Below are positions 30,392 to 42,166 of a stretch of DNA of 64,000 bases, in pieces. The position numbers and the translations under genes are program-made. The notes beneath the pieces are model-generated. The model made no database searches. It was not told the origin of the DNA and worked only from the letters and a program-made list of their open reading frames with translations. The stretch is from Acaryochloridaceae cyanobacterium VAR_48_metabat_390 (GTDB taxonomy: Bacteria; Cyanobacteriota; Cyanobacteriia; Thermosynechococcales; Thermosynechococcaceae). Where the stretch lies: contig JANPLU010000128.1 in the NCBI GenBank assembly GCA_031422435.1, forward strand, positions 1-64,000. The letters are read 5' to 3'. Position 1 is the stretch's first letter. Each line of letters starts with the position of its first letter.

Positions 30392-31696
30392 CTAAGCCGT
30401 CACCGATAACCCGTCTACCAAAATTGAAGGAGTAGAGCAAGACCCATGCCAAGCAATGTCATTGCCTAAAGCAATCACCTGATTGAGCGCCTCATACACA
30501 TTGCCAGACACCAGCGTATCTTTGACCCGCCCCACAATTTTGCCCTTTTTGACGCGGTAGCCCAGATCCACGCTGATGGCAAAATCGCCAGAAATACCGC
30601 CAGAATCGCCTAAAAACTGATCCACAATCAGGCCGTCACGCATTTCATCGACCAGCGCTTCAAAACTGCGATCGCCAGGTAAAACCATTAGGTTAAATAA
30701 CCCAGGGGTAGGATAGCGTTCTAGACCAGGCCGAAAGCCATTGCCTGTACTGCCGCAGCCTAACTGCCGTCCGGTCGTGCGGTCGGTGTAAAAAAGCTGT
30801 AGTTCGCCTTCTCGAATAAACTCAATAGACCGAGTTGAGATACCTTCATCATCAAAGGGACAGCTAAAGGGTCCAGTGGATGGATTTTGCAGCAGGGTCA
30901 GGAGCGGGGAAACCACAGGTTCGCACAGGCGGTCGTTCCAGGGGGAAGCGTTTTCAATCACCCGTTTACTATTGAGGGCGGCTTCTACGGTCGTCCAGAG
31001 GAGATCAGCAGCTTTTCCGGCAAACAGGACGGGCATTCTGCCCACGGGTGAGGCGCTGCGCGATTTTGCCCACCGCAGACGCTGTACCATACTCTCTACA
31101 AACTCAGGAATATCTAAAATTGCCTGCCGCGTTTGTTCGGCTTCAACACACAAAAAGTCGTTTCCTCTCACCCATTCAGCCGATCCGTAAACGGAGTTCA
31201 TTTGGCTGGTGTATCGACAGGCTAACCCTTCTGAATTGAGGAGCGCGGTGGTCGTGGTTTCGGTATCTAGCTCTAAAACACACTGAAGATCTTTAAATTC
31301 TTGGGTATGGATGGTAGACAGGGCGATTTTGCCCCATTCAATGAGCTGCGGTACCTCCGCCGCCTGACCATACTGTCCATCCGCAATCTCTGGCAGGGTC
31401 GCAGTTAGCTCAATTTGCTCGGGTTCGTTGAGCTGACTGAGGGAGATCGCCGTATCGACCAGCCGCTTTGGCTCTATTTCGCCGTAGGTGACGGCTAACC
31501 CTGGGCGACCTTCGACCCACAGCCGCAGCGAAATGCCTTCAGAATCTCTCGTCTCAATCTGCTTAAGAACATTGGCCTCAAACAAAACGGGGCGATTAAT
31601 AGAGCGCTCTGTAAAAACCTCTGCTGCCTCTGCCCCAGACTGGAGGGCAACATCAATCAGCTGCTCGGCAAACGATGAAGCATCGAGTTGCGTCAT
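30392..31696 (-). CDS. TldD/PmbA family protein (PmbA-like)
   Basis: PFDDEG, STGNGFR, G.IVGRVKDTLVSGNVY..L. Confidence 0.88.
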   Translation of the reverse strand: MTQLDASSFAEQLIDVALQSGAEAAEVFTERSINRPVLFEANVLKQIETRDSEGISLRLWVEGRPGLAVTYGEIEPKRLVDTAISLSQLNEPEQIELTATLPEIADGQYGQAAEVPQLIEWGKIALSTIHTQEFKDLQCVLELDTETTTTALLNSEGLACRYTSQMNSVYGSAEWVRGNDFLCVEAEQTRQAILDIPEFVESMVQRLRWAKSRSASPVGRMPVLFAGKAADLLWTTVEAALNSKRVIENASPWNDRLCEPVVSPLLTLLQNPSTGPFSCPFDDEGISTRSIEFIREGELQLFYTDRTTGRQLGCGSTGNGFRPGLERYPTPGLFNLMVLPGDRSFEALVDEMRDGLIVDQFLGDSGGISGDFAISVDLGYRVKKGKIVGRVKDTLVSGNVYEALNQVIALGNDIAWHGSCSTPSILVDGLSVTA

Positions 31697-31705
31697 GGTT
31701 TGCCC

Positions 31706-32569
31706 CTAGTCTAGGTCGAGGGTCTGTAACAGCCAAAAGCCTGCAAACGATTCTTCTTTTGGCCCTGCCTGCACCGCTAAGAAATGCACCTGCTGCGATC
31801 GCTGCTTGGCCTGTTCAAAGTCAGTGGCCTCTTTTTGCAGATCAGGTTTGCCTAGGGGTGCCACCACCCAGCGATCGCTTAAGCCGGTTTCGAGCAGCAG
31901 ACGTGGGGTGGGCTTTGCTTCATAAAACAGTGAGGCAACTTCTAGCCCAGACATCCAGCCTGCTAAGGGGACTGCCCGCCGCGAAAAAATTACGAGACCC
32001 GGTACAGCAACATCCGGGTCAAGCTTCAGCAGCTCCAGGGGAATACCGTCCCGAAAGGTGATATCCCAGCCATTCATTTCGGCGAGATCTGCAAACTTGA
32101 GCGAGACAAAAGACCAGCCATCGCCTTTCAAGGCATCGGGTAAAGGCAACGCCGGAGCGGGTTCAAATTTAGGAGGTGCAGCCATATTGGGCTGATACCC
32201 TGGATGCTCTGGGTAGATGGACTGCGATCGCTCACTCAACCACTGCACCAGTGCGTAAGCGCGACGGCTTTGCTGCGCCGGAATGCCGATACCGTCACAG
32301 GCGCGGGTCAAAATGGCGGTCATGGGTCGCCGAAAGAACCGGATTTTTTCAGGCTTCGCGGCATCACTGAGCTTGAACTGCGACTGCCAAAGGGCGATCG
32401 CCTCTCCTAAAGCCGTCTGAAGCCAGCGCGCATTGGCCTCTGAGCCAGCGCAGTACCGCGCAAATTCAAAGGTGCGATCGGTATTGCAGATTAAGACTTC
32501 CCACAGCTTCTTTCCCTGCTCATCCAAGATGGGGCGGGAATAGAAATCAATTTCCCAAACTTCTGTCAT
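31706..32569 (-). CDS. Tab2/Atab2 family RNA-binding protein
   Basis: WEIDFYSRPILDE.GKK.WE, RFFR, LAGWMSGLE, HFLAVQ, FAGFWLL. Confidence 0.9.
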   Translation of the reverse strand: MTEVWEIDFYSRPILDEQGKKLWEVLICNTDRTFEFARYCAGSEANARWLQTALGEAIALWQSQFKLSDAAKPEKIRFFRRPMTAILTRACDGIGIPAQQSRRAYALVQWLSERSQSIYPEHPGYQPNMAAPPKFEPAPALPLPDALKGDGWSFVSLKFADLAEMNGWDITFRDGIPLELLKLDPDVAVPGLVIFSRRAVPLAGWMSGLEVASLFYEAKPTPRLLLETGLSDRWVVAPLGKPDLQKEATDFEQAKQRSQQVHFLAVQAGPKEESFAGFWLLQTLDLD

Positions 32570-32686
32570 GTAGCCCTAATAACCCAAAAAACCTTGATCT
32601 TAAAGATGAGATGAGCATTGCTGCTTACGATCACTTCTTCAGCATACTGGTCTGGGTTACGCCTAGGGCGCTAGGGTTCAAAAATA

Positions 32687-33652
32687 TCAAATTTGATGGT
32701 CAGATTCAGCGAAGTGAATGCCGTGGGCAATAAACTTTGTCACCCACACTTCAAGGTCAGGGTCTGGCAGCTCAGCTTGAATAGATGCGGCGATTTGCTG
32801 TGCCTCTTCTCGTGTGGCGGCAAGGGCAAATACCGTCGGGCCAGACCCAGACATCATTGCGCCGAGGGTTGATTGTGCTGCCAGTTTCTCTCTTAACAGC
32901 CCAACTTGAGGGTGATAGCTTAACACCACTTTTTCTAAGTCATTGTGAAGCGCTTGACCAATGGAGGTGGTGTCGTGATGGGCGGACTCTTGGTGCGCAG
33001 CTATCGCCCCCAGTAACCTCACCGATGGTCCCGTTCGTCGCCGCTCTTCTTGGGCAGCAGGCGTATTGGCGTAGGTAGCGCCAAACTGCTGCCGATAAGT
33101 TTGGTACGCCCAAGGTGTAGAAACCGAGAGGCTTTGATACTTTGCTAACACCGCATACAGCCGATCAAGATCGGGTAGGGGCGACAGTTCTTCGCCGCGT
33201 CCGAGCGCCAAAGCCGTGCCGCCAGAAACGCAAAACGGCATATCCGAACCTAGCTTAGCGGCAAGGGTATGCAGCTCATCCTGCGCTAAGCCCAGATTCC
33301 ACATTAGGTTTAGCCCGACTAGCACCGCTGCCCCATCCGTGGAGCCACCCGCTAACCCTGCGCCGATCGGGATATTTTTTTGGATTGTAATCTCTACTCC
33401 TCCGTGACCTGGAAAGCAATCTTGCATAAGCTTTGCAGCGCGGTAGGCAAGGTTACTCTCGTCGAGCGGGACTTGAGGATGGGTGCAGTGAAGGAGAATG
33501 CGATCGCCCCCTAGATGCTTCAGCTTAATTTCATCGGCTAAGTCTATGCTCTGCATTACCATGACCAGCTCATGGAACCCATCGGGGCGATCGCCGATGA
33601 TTTCGAGCAGCAGATTAATTTTGGCCGGAGCAATGAGTCGATAGGAGCGCAT
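32687..33652 (-). CDS. ispE: 4-diphosphocytidyl-2-C-methyl-D-erythritol kinase
   Basis: APAKINL.L, IPIGAGLAGGSTDGAA, LGSDMPF, MMSGSGPTVF. Confidence 0.95.
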   Translation of the reverse strand: MRSYRLIAPAKINLLLEIIGDRPDGFHELVMVMQSIDLADEIKLKHLGGDRILLHCTHPQVPLDESNLAYRAAKLMQDCFPGHGGVEITIQKNIPIGAGLAGGSTDGAAVLVGLNLMWNLGLAQDELHTLAAKLGSDMPFCVSGGTALALGRGEELSPLPDLDRLYAVLAKYQSLSVSTPWAYQTYRQQFGATYANTPAAQEERRRTGPSVRLLGAIAAHQESAHHDTTSIGQALHNDLEKVVLSYHPQVGLLREKLAAQSTLGAMMSGSGPTVFALAATREEAQQIAASIQAELPDPDLEVWVTKFIAHGIHFAESDHQI

Positions 33653-33667
33653 AGAACTCTGAAATAT

Positions 33668-34492
33668 TTAGGATGAGGCGGCAGCGGCAGCGGGCGTTAA
33701 AAGACGACTCAACGCCACCCAGTTTGCCACGCTTAACTCTTCCGCACGGGCTTGGGGATTTACGCTGATTCCCTCAAGTATGACCGTTAAGCGGTCTGGC
33801 TCCACAATAGATTTGAAATTATTGCGTAACATTTTGCGACGGCTTTGAAAGCCCAACCGCACCAAGGTTGAAAACCACTGAGGCTGCTCTACAGGGTCAT
33901 AATACGGGCGAGGCCGCAGCCGAATCACCGCAGAATCGACCTTGGGGGGTGGGAAAAAAGCTTTAGCCACCACATCACAAATCCAATCGCAATCCGCGAG
34001 GTATTGGCAGTGAACTGAGAGCGCGCCATAAGCACGAGAGCCAGGTTTAGACGTAATTCGCTGCGCGACTTCTTTTTGCACCAGCAGCACTAAGCTGTCA
34101 AACGCTGGACTCGTTGGCTTTGCGACGGTTCCGATGACTCGATCTAAGATTGGCCCTGTGATGTTGTAGGGGATATTGGCAACCACTTTGTTGGGGTAAG
34201 ATTCCGGCGGAATAAATTTACCCAGATCCATCTCTAGAATGTCGCCTTGGAGCAGCAAAAACCGCTCATGCTTGCCAAACCTTGCCACCAGCTTCGGGCA
34301 CAGGTCGCGGTCAATCTCAACGGCGGTGACTAAGGCAGGGGTTTGTAGCAAAAATTCAGTCAGTGCGCCCATGCCAGGACCAATTTCTAAAACGCGATCG
34401 CCCTCTTGTAAATCCGCCGCTTTTACAATAGAGTGCAGCGCTTTTTCACTGCGGAGCCAGTGCTGACCAAACTGTTTACGAGGATGAGACAC
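33668..34492 (-). CDS. rsmA: 16S rRNA m6,2A dimethyltransferase
   Basis: KQFGQHWL, LEIGPG.G, VVANIPYNIT, F.PPPKVDS. Confidence 0.96.
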   Translation of the reverse strand: MSHPRKQFGQHWLRSEKALHSIVKAADLQEGDRVLEIGPGMGALTEFLLQTPALVTAVEIDRDLCPKLVARFGKHERFLLLQGDILEMDLGKFIPPESYPNKVVANIPYNITGPILDRVIGTVAKPTSPAFDSLVLLVQKEVAQRITSKPGSRAYGALSVHCQYLADCDWICDVVAKAFFPPPKVDSAVIRLRPRPYYDPVEQPQWFSTLVRLGFQSRRKMLRNNFKSIVEPDRLTVILEGISVNPQARAEELSVANWVALSRLLTPAAAAASS

Positions 34493-34554
34493 GCGATCGC
34501 CTAGGTGGATGGTTTTAGTGAGTCAATCTCGTATGATATCTTAGGTAAGCGCCT

Positions 34555-34637
34555 GGGGGCGTGGCGGAATGGTAGACGCTACGGACTTAAAATCCGTTGA
34601 CCGTAAGGTCGTATGGGTTCAAGTCCCTTCGCCCCCA
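34555..34637 (+). tRNA. trnL: tRNA-Leu(UAA), intron-less, CCA not encoded
   Basis: Acceptor GGGGGCG/CGCCCCC, anticodon arm acgga-ctTAAaa-tccgt (anticodon 34588-34590), long variable arm, GTTCAAGTC T-loop. Confidence 0.95.
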
Positions 34638-34647
34638 TTTTTAAGCC

Positions 34648-34685
34648 AAAAACGGCTCTTTGTCTAAATCAAAGAGCCGTTTTTT
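34648..34685. terminator. Bidirectional intrinsic terminator between tRNA-Leu and the HAD gene
   Basis: aaaaacggctctttg...caaagagccgttttt. Confidence 0.75.
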
Positions 34686-35443
34686 CCAAGTAGACAGCGC
34701 ACCATCTCACAAAAGCCTTCTACTTCTGGCTGAGTGGTGACGTATTTAGGCTGATGCTGAAGGCGATCGCCATATTTCAAAATATTTGCGACCCCTACTG
34801 AAACTGGAAAAATGATGGGGTCAAACAGGGCTTCATCATTGGGGCTATCGCCAATCGTTAAAACCTGGGCAGAATGAAGCGTCGGGAAGTGCTGCGCCAA
34901 AACCTGCTGGAGTCCCGATGCCTTATTTTGCAGCGGCGGCTTGATGTGACACTGAACGGTACTGTAGGTGAAGCTCCAGCCTAAGGTTTGGCACTGAAGG
35001 GCGATCGCCTCCAATTCCCCTTCACTCACCCCCTCCACATCAAACGTCCAGTCCGTCAGCCGAAACGCATTATCAGTAGATTCTTTTATGTGGGGATACT
35101 GGTGCTGAATCTGAAGAAACGCCTCTGATAGCCGCTGACGATGTACAGCAAGGGCTGGCACATTGCCCAAAAGCTGGTAAACACCCGTTTTAGAGAAATA
35201 CACCCCGCCATTTTCGGCGATCGCCCCCGCCACAGGCAAATAGCTCCGTAGGGCATCCACCCAACCCGCAGAACGCCCCGTGACCAGCAGCAAAGGGAGA
35301 TTGGCTTGATTAAGCTGGGCGATCGCCTCTAGCAGTCTCGGCGTAAATCGGTCAGCACAGGTTAGCGTCCCGTCTACATCACTCGCAATCAGCCGAATCT
35401 GAGGGGCATCAATGACTAGTCCATCTAGAGAGAGTAGCGGCAT
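34664..35443 (-). CDS. HAD-IIB family hydrolase
   Basis: DVDGTLT, VTGR, AENGG, K..GL, GDSPND. Confidence 0.88.
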   Translation of the reverse strand: MPLLSLDGLVIDAPQIRLIASDVDGTLTCADRFTPRLLEAIAQLNQANLPLLLVTGRSAGWVDALRSYLPVAGAIAENGGVYFSKTGVYQLLGNVPALAVHRQRLSEAFLQIQHQYPHIKESTDNAFRLTDWTFDVEGVSEGELEAIALQCQTLGWSFTYSTVQCHIKPPLQNKASGLQQVLAQHFPTLHSAQVLTIGDSPNDEALFDPIIFPVSVGVANILKYGDRLQHQPKYVTTQPEVEGFCEMVRCLLGKNGSLI

Positions 35444-35456
35444 TGGGTAAGGGTGC

Positions 35457-36434
35457 TTAATTGGGACGAAAGTAAACGGTCATTTCACGATCTTCTGTGC
35501 CCACAAAAATAGGTGCCGTGGTTCGCAGCAGGCCATTGTTACCCACAAAGACCTTACCTTGCCCTGAAACCCCGTCCACAGACGTAATTGAAAGAACCTG
35601 ACCACTTTTGGTGGCCTCAAGCTGTCCCTGAAGCACAACCGTTTTAACCTTGGGTTCAGTTACCGTCAGCGTTAGACGCGTGATGCCTTTTGTCGTGCTG
35701 ACCGTGATGCGCGTCAGACCATACCGTTCTTCCTTCGCTTTGGCAGTGGATGGGTACATCACCAAGGCTCCTTGTCCTGGATAGGACGGCACCGCTGAGG
35801 CGGCAACAGACGCTGAACTAGGCTTTTTCGGAACCTGTGAGGTTGGGGGTTCAGCCGCCGCCGTATCTGCCTCTGGGATGGGTGCTTCCTCTAGGGTCAA
35901 CTTTCCAGTTGCCTTAACCTCACCCTTCAGCAGAGGGCCATTGCCAAACAGTGAGCAGGCTGCTTTGTCTTGCGTTTTGAGTCCTACAGTCTGGCAGGCA
36001 ATATCAAGGGTATATTTGGGCGACTGTCGGTCTTTGCTGTACTGATATCTCGCTAACAAAGACTTATAGCCGCTGCGACCGAGGTACAGCTTAGAGGTTG
36101 GGACAATACTCCAGGTGTAGGTGTCCATCCGCTGGCGATCGCCATTGCCCCCCGTCAGCACTACCGCCCCCAGACTCTCGGCGGTGAGCGTTGTATTCTC
36201 TACAGGCAACGCAACCACAGTTTTGGTGAGCTGAACCTGAAGCTGCTTCATTTCATCCACTGGGGTTGTCGCCTCAAAGGTCAAGACAGAACCCTGATTC
36301 TGTGCGCCTGCTGCCTGTGCCAGAAGAAAAGATTTAGCAAAATTTCTAGGGTGCGGTTTGGGTTGAAGTGCCTGTGCGCCTACGCCTGTCATCCCCCACC
36401 CTGCTAGCACTAATAAGGTAATGCTGCGCTTCAT
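35457..36434 (-). CDS. Hypothetical secreted protein
   Basis: Long ORF with a signal-peptide-like N-terminus (MKRSITLLVLAG..); start uncertain. Confidence 0.6.
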   Translation of the reverse strand: MKRSITLLVLAGWGMTGVGAQALQPKPHPRNFAKSFLLAQAAGAQNQGSVLTFEATTPVDEMKQLQVQLTKTVVALPVENTTLTAESLGAVVLTGGNGDRQRMDTYTWSIVPTSKLYLGRSGYKSLLARYQYSKDRQSPKYTLDIACQTVGLKTQDKAACSLFGNGPLLKGEVKATGKLTLEEAPIPEADTAAAEPPTSQVPKKPSSASVAASAVPSYPGQGALVMYPSTAKAKEERYGLTRITVSTTKGITRLTLTVTEPKVKTVVLQGQLEATKSGQVLSITSVDGVSGQGKVFVGNNGLLRTTAPIFVGTEDREMTVYFRPN

Positions 36435-36483
36435 CCTGAGATTCTTTACCATAATTGCCTCGTTTGAAAGCTCATTCACACAT

Positions 36484-36636
36484 TAGACCTCTTGCATCCA
36501 CCCCAACCCCTCATCCCTTTCTTATAGCCAAAGGCTTTACCCTTCTCCCACCAGGGGAGAAGGGCTACTTCCGTCTCCCATCGCCCGTTCTGGGAGAGGG
36601 GCTGGGGGTGAGGGTCATATTCGTGCAAGAGTTCTA
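36484..36636. mobile_element. MITE-like element with 13-bp terminal inverted repeats enclosing family 2 REP hairpins
   Basis: TAGACCTCTTGCA ... TGCAAGAGTTCTA (12/13 match), TA at both ends, 153 bp. Confidence 0.65.
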
Positions 36637-36808
36637 TCAAAGTCAGACATTAAAATCACACGTTATTACAATACGCCATCCCCAAAACCGCGCATCGCTG
36701 ACTAGGGGTGACGCAAAACTGTAAAACTTGTGCCAGGAAGTTCGGTTATCTCGATATCCACACCCACTGCAAGCAGATTTGAACGGGCTACAATAAATCT
36801 GCTCAGGT

Positions 36809-36835
36809 TTAGCACTCTGATCAAGAGAGTGCTAA
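36809..36835 (+). promoter_or_regulatory. CIRCE element (HrcA operator)
   Basis: Perfect TTAGCACTC-N9-GAGTGCTAA upstream of groEL. Confidence 0.95.
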
Positions 36836-36922
36836 TGTCTTATCCCCAAGGATTTGTGCAGGCTGGCTAATTCGCACAAGCTGATTGTGTGTGCTGCCCC
36901 GTCTGCTGTAGCAATTGTTTAA

Positions 36923-38608
<1,686 letters not shown>

Positions 38609-38669
38609 GTCATGCGTCTGAGGCTCATTCAACCTTAGAAACCTTTGAGAAGCTTAGGTTAACGTAATC

Positions 38670-38703
38670 AAAAGGGCGATCGCAGCACTGCGATCGCCCT
38701 TTT
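38670..38703 (+). terminator. groEL terminator whose stem contains two HIP1 sites
   Basis: aaaagggcgatcgcag-ca-ctgcgatcgccctttt. Confidence 0.8.
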
Positions 38704-38849
38704 AACGTTTGTAAGTAAGGGGTTTGGTGTAAAGCAAAGGAAGCATGTTAGGCTTTTGGGGTTCGTGGCATTGCGCTTATTTCACCCATAAAAGATCAGC
38801 GCCGTCAGAACCTTTTACCCTTTTTGATCAGAACCTCCGTACTGCCTCC

Positions 38850-39659
38850 ATGAAGTCATATCTTGCTGCGGCTATTCAAATGACTAGCCTTCCCGACTTA
38901 CGCCATAACCTTGCTCAAGCAGAAGAACTGATTGATCTTGCAGTGCGTAGAGGCGTAGAGCTAGTAGGCTTGCCTGAAAACTTTGCGTTTCTGGGCAATG
39001 AATCCCTCAAACTTCAGCAGGCGGCTGAAATTGCCGTTGAGAGCGAGAAATTTCTTAAAACCGTGGCCCAGCGCTATCAGATCACCATTTTGGGCGGCGG
39101 ATATCCAGCTCCAGCCAAAGATGGCAAGGTCTACAATACCGCGCTCCTTATTGACAAAGACGGGAAAGAATTGGCGCGTTACGAGAAAGTACACCTCTTT
39201 GATGTAGAGCTACCCGACGGTAACATTTATCAAGAATCCACCATGATTGTGGCGGGGGAAAAACAGGCTCCGGTCTATGCCTCAGAGCATTATGGCAACT
39301 TGGGGCTTTCAGTCTGCTACGACGTGCGGTTTCCAGAGCTATACCGCGCTCTAACGCAAGCGGGAGCCAATGTGCTGTTTGTGCCAGCGGCCTTTACCGC
39401 CTTTACAGGGAAAGACCACTGGCAGGTATTGCTTCAGGCGCGCGCTATCGAAAACACCAGCTACGTTATTGCTCCTGCCCAGACCGGACAGCATAACGCT
39501 CGCAGACAGTCCCATGGTCACGCCATGATTGTGGATCCTTGGGGCGTGGTACTTGCCGATGCTGGGACAGAGCCTGGAATGGCGATCGCCACCATTGAGC
39601 CGCGCCGTCTAGCGCAAGTCCGTCGTCAAATGCCCAGTCTCAATCATCGCGTGTTTTAG
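38850..39659 (+). CDS. Carbon-nitrogen hydrolase (Nit1-like)
   Basis: LPENF, YEKVHLFD, SVCYDVRFPE, ARAIEN, GH.MIVDPWG. Confidence 0.9.
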   Translation: MKSYLAAAIQMTSLPDLRHNLAQAEELIDLAVRRGVELVGLPENFAFLGNESLKLQQAAEIAVESEKFLKTVAQRYQITILGGGYPAPAKDGKVYNTALLIDKDGKELARYEKVHLFDVELPDGNIYQESTMIVAGEKQAPVYASEHYGNLGLSVCYDVRFPELYRALTQAGANVLFVPAAFTAFTGKDHWQVLLQARAIENTSYVIAPAQTGQHNARRQSHGHAMIVDPWGVVLADAGTEPGMAIATIEPRRLAQVRRQMPSLNHRVF

Positions 39660-39809
39660 TAAAGTTCAGACTGAGGTGGGGAACGATATTGGCGCGACAT
39701 AGCGTCTCTTACAGAGAACGCCCTAAGACAGAAAACTGTAAGCATGGCGATCTAGGTTGCGCAGCACTATGATGTTGGGGGCTGATAGTCGGCTTAAAAG
39801 CGTCGACTG

Positions 39810-41837
39810 ATGAAAACTAATTCGAGCGATTTGTTGGAAGACGGAGACTGGCGGATGGGGCAATGTCTTAGGCTTAATCAAAAACGGTCAGCATTTAGAG
39901 CGATCGCCCATCTGGGAGGAATTGTAGGCAGCTTGATTGGCCTTGGCCTGTTTGCCAGTGCCGCGACCGCCGCGCGACTACAGTCTTGGCGTTTCGATGC
40001 CGCTGCAAATCGGCTAGAGTTTTTGACGGACGAAGTGATTCAGCCTCGGGTACAGCTTTTACCAAATCCCGTCAGGCTTGTGGTCGATTTACCGGGTGTA
40101 AAGCTTGATCGCCCCACGCTCAACCAAACCTATAGTGCTGCGGTTCGCTCCGTTCGAATTGGTCAATTTGATGCCCAAACGGCTCGCATTGTGGTGGAGC
40201 TATCTCCAGGCTACACAGTTGATCCGCAGCAGGTGAAGGTGAACAGTAATGCTAATGCCTCATGGTCGATTGATTTACCCACACCTCAGTTAGCCCAAAA
40301 TACCCCAGACAGCGGTAGTCCTGGGGGAGCCTCTACACTAACGGCTGCCGTCAATGATGGCAATCTCCCTGATGCTCCTGTCCAGCAGCCTTCGCCGCTA
40401 ATGCCCTCCGGTTCAGCAGCCATAGCGCAGTCCACGAGCAACACCAGCACTTTAGAAGATGTGCTAGTCACCACAGACGGTTTATTTCTCAAAACTCGGC
40501 AGGCCGTGATGGGCGCACAGGTTACTCGCAGCCGAAACCGTCGAGAAATATTGGTGGATTTGAACGGATTGTTGGCGACTGCGCCGCTGACCCAAAATGA
40601 GTACCGGATGAACTACCACGGTATTCAGAGTGTCTCGATTCGCCAAATATCGACACAGCCACCCATAGCGCGGGTCACGCTGAAAGTGAACCGCGATAGC
40701 CCCAATTGGATGGCCAGCGCCAGCAGGTTTGGCGGTGTTGTACTTCTCTCTCAAGTAGGGGGGGAAACCGGAAACCGACCGACTAAGACCATCAGTCTAT
40801 TGCAGGGGCGAACTGTAGCATTGTCATCTGCTGCTGCTCCTATAAATCCGGTTAGACCATCTCCCCCATTCTCTGGGGATAGTCTGTCTCTAGCAACGCT
40901 GCAAAATGTTTCTTTGGGCGGTAGCCAGCTCTTAATTCAGGCAGATCGCCTCGTTTCTTACACGATGGGATGGGAAGGCTCGCGCTACCGCATTACGCTA
41001 CGGGGTGCTCAGTGGTCTACCAACATTCGCAGTCCGCAGACTGGATTTGGCAGCGCTATTACGGACATTTCGCTGCGTCAAGAGGGACAAAACGCAAGTA
41101 TTTTAGTTACCCCTGCCCCTGGCGTTCGCATTGGGACTATCAGTCGCACTAGATCTCAGGGGATTGTGTTGAGTTTAAATCGTTTTGGAAACAGCAACAG
41201 CTCTAACACCACAATTTTTCAGCCTAATGCGTTACCCAATCCCAATACCGCTAGTTTCCCACAGCCTACGCTGCCTCGTCCCAATGGACGTCGCATCGTA
41301 GTCATTGACCCTGGGCATGGCGGCACCGATCCTGGGGCAGTGGGCATTGGTGGGCTGCGAGAGACCGATATTGTTTTGCCCATCAGTATGGAAGTTGTGA
41401 GACTTTTGCAGCAGCAAGGTCTACAGGTGTATCTAACCCGAGCGGATGAATCACGGGAGGTGGATTTACCCCCTCGCGTTGCGCTGGCAAAACAGGTACG
41501 TGCCGATGTTTTTGTCAGCATTCATGCCAACGCCATTAGCCTCAGCCGCCCCGATATTAATGGAGCAGAAGCCTACTACGCCCCTGGCTCTGCATCGGGG
41601 GCTGAACTTTCTCGCGTTATTCTCAACAGCATTACGCGCACCGTGAATATTCCTAGTCGGGGTGTTCGTTCGGCGAGATTTTATGTTGTTCGTAATACTA
41701 CAATGCCTGCAACACTAATTGAAACAGGATTTGTGACGGGCGCACAGGATGCACCCAAGCTAAGAGATCCTAATTTTCAGCGACAGATGGCGGCGGCGAT
41801 CGCCCAAGGCATCATTGAATTTCTGAATCAGCGTTAG
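39810..41837 (+). CDS. amiC: N-acetylmuramoyl-L-alanine amidase with AMIN domains (AmiC-like)
   Basis: AMIN (RLVVDLPG, R.GQFD...ARIV), IDPGHGG.DPGA, FVSIHANA, LIETGF; start uncertain. Confidence 0.88.
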   Translation: MKTNSSDLLEDGDWRMGQCLRLNQKRSAFRAIAHLGGIVGSLIGLGLFASAATAARLQSWRFDAAANRLEFLTDEVIQPRVQLLPNPVRLVVDLPGVKLDRPTLNQTYSAAVRSVRIGQFDAQTARIVVELSPGYTVDPQQVKVNSNANASWSIDLPTPQLAQNTPDSGSPGGASTLTAAVNDGNLPDAPVQQPSPLMPSGSAAIAQSTSNTSTLEDVLVTTDGLFLKTRQAVMGAQVTRSRNRREILVDLNGLLATAPLTQNEYRMNYHGIQSVSIRQISTQPPIARVTLKVNRDSPNWMASASRFGGVVLLSQVGGETGNRPTKTISLLQGRTVALSSAAAPINPVRPSPPFSGDSLSLATLQNVSLGGSQLLIQADRLVSYTMGWEGSRYRITLRGAQWSTNIRSPQTGFGSAITDISLRQEGQNASILVTPAPGVRIGTISRTRSQGIVLSLNRFGNSNSSNTTIFQPNALPNPNTASFPQPTLPRPNGRRIVVIDPGHGGTDPGAVGIGGLRETDIVLPISMEVVRLLQQQGLQVYLTRADESREVDLPPRVALAKQVRADVFVSIHANAISLSRPDINGAEAYYAPGSASGAELSRVILNSITRTVNIPSRGVRSARFYVVRNTTMPATLIETGFVTGAQDAPKLRDPNFQRQMAAAIAQGIIEFLNQR

Positions 41838-42166
41838 GAAACTGGCCCTGTAGGCAGATCCTGATGTGACTCACCCGCGTTTGCAAAGGGGGCATGACCT
41901 GAAGGAGGCGATCGCCAGATCTATGACAAGCAGAATTTTCATAAAGCTGTCTCTTTAATTGATTCGGTGGGCAGAGTAAAATGCAGCCGACCATAAGATT
42001 TCTGGCAATCAAAATAGCTTGAATTACGGCAATGCCAATTCAAACGTTTCTGTAAACGCCAAGCCACGGTTTCCAGTCAGCGATACAATCGTAGAGGCAC
42101 AGCGCATTCAACAAATGTGGCTGTGATCGCGGCTCTCTACACATTTTACAGGTGACAATTTTAAAT

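Noticed and set aside
36740..36755. Possible K-box upstream of groEL (gttcggttatctcgat)
   Set aside because: Only the GTTCGG half matches the consensus.
41838..42166. Possible preQ1 riboswitch upstream of queF
   Set aside because: No recognisable aptamer stem with the A-rich tail was found by eye.
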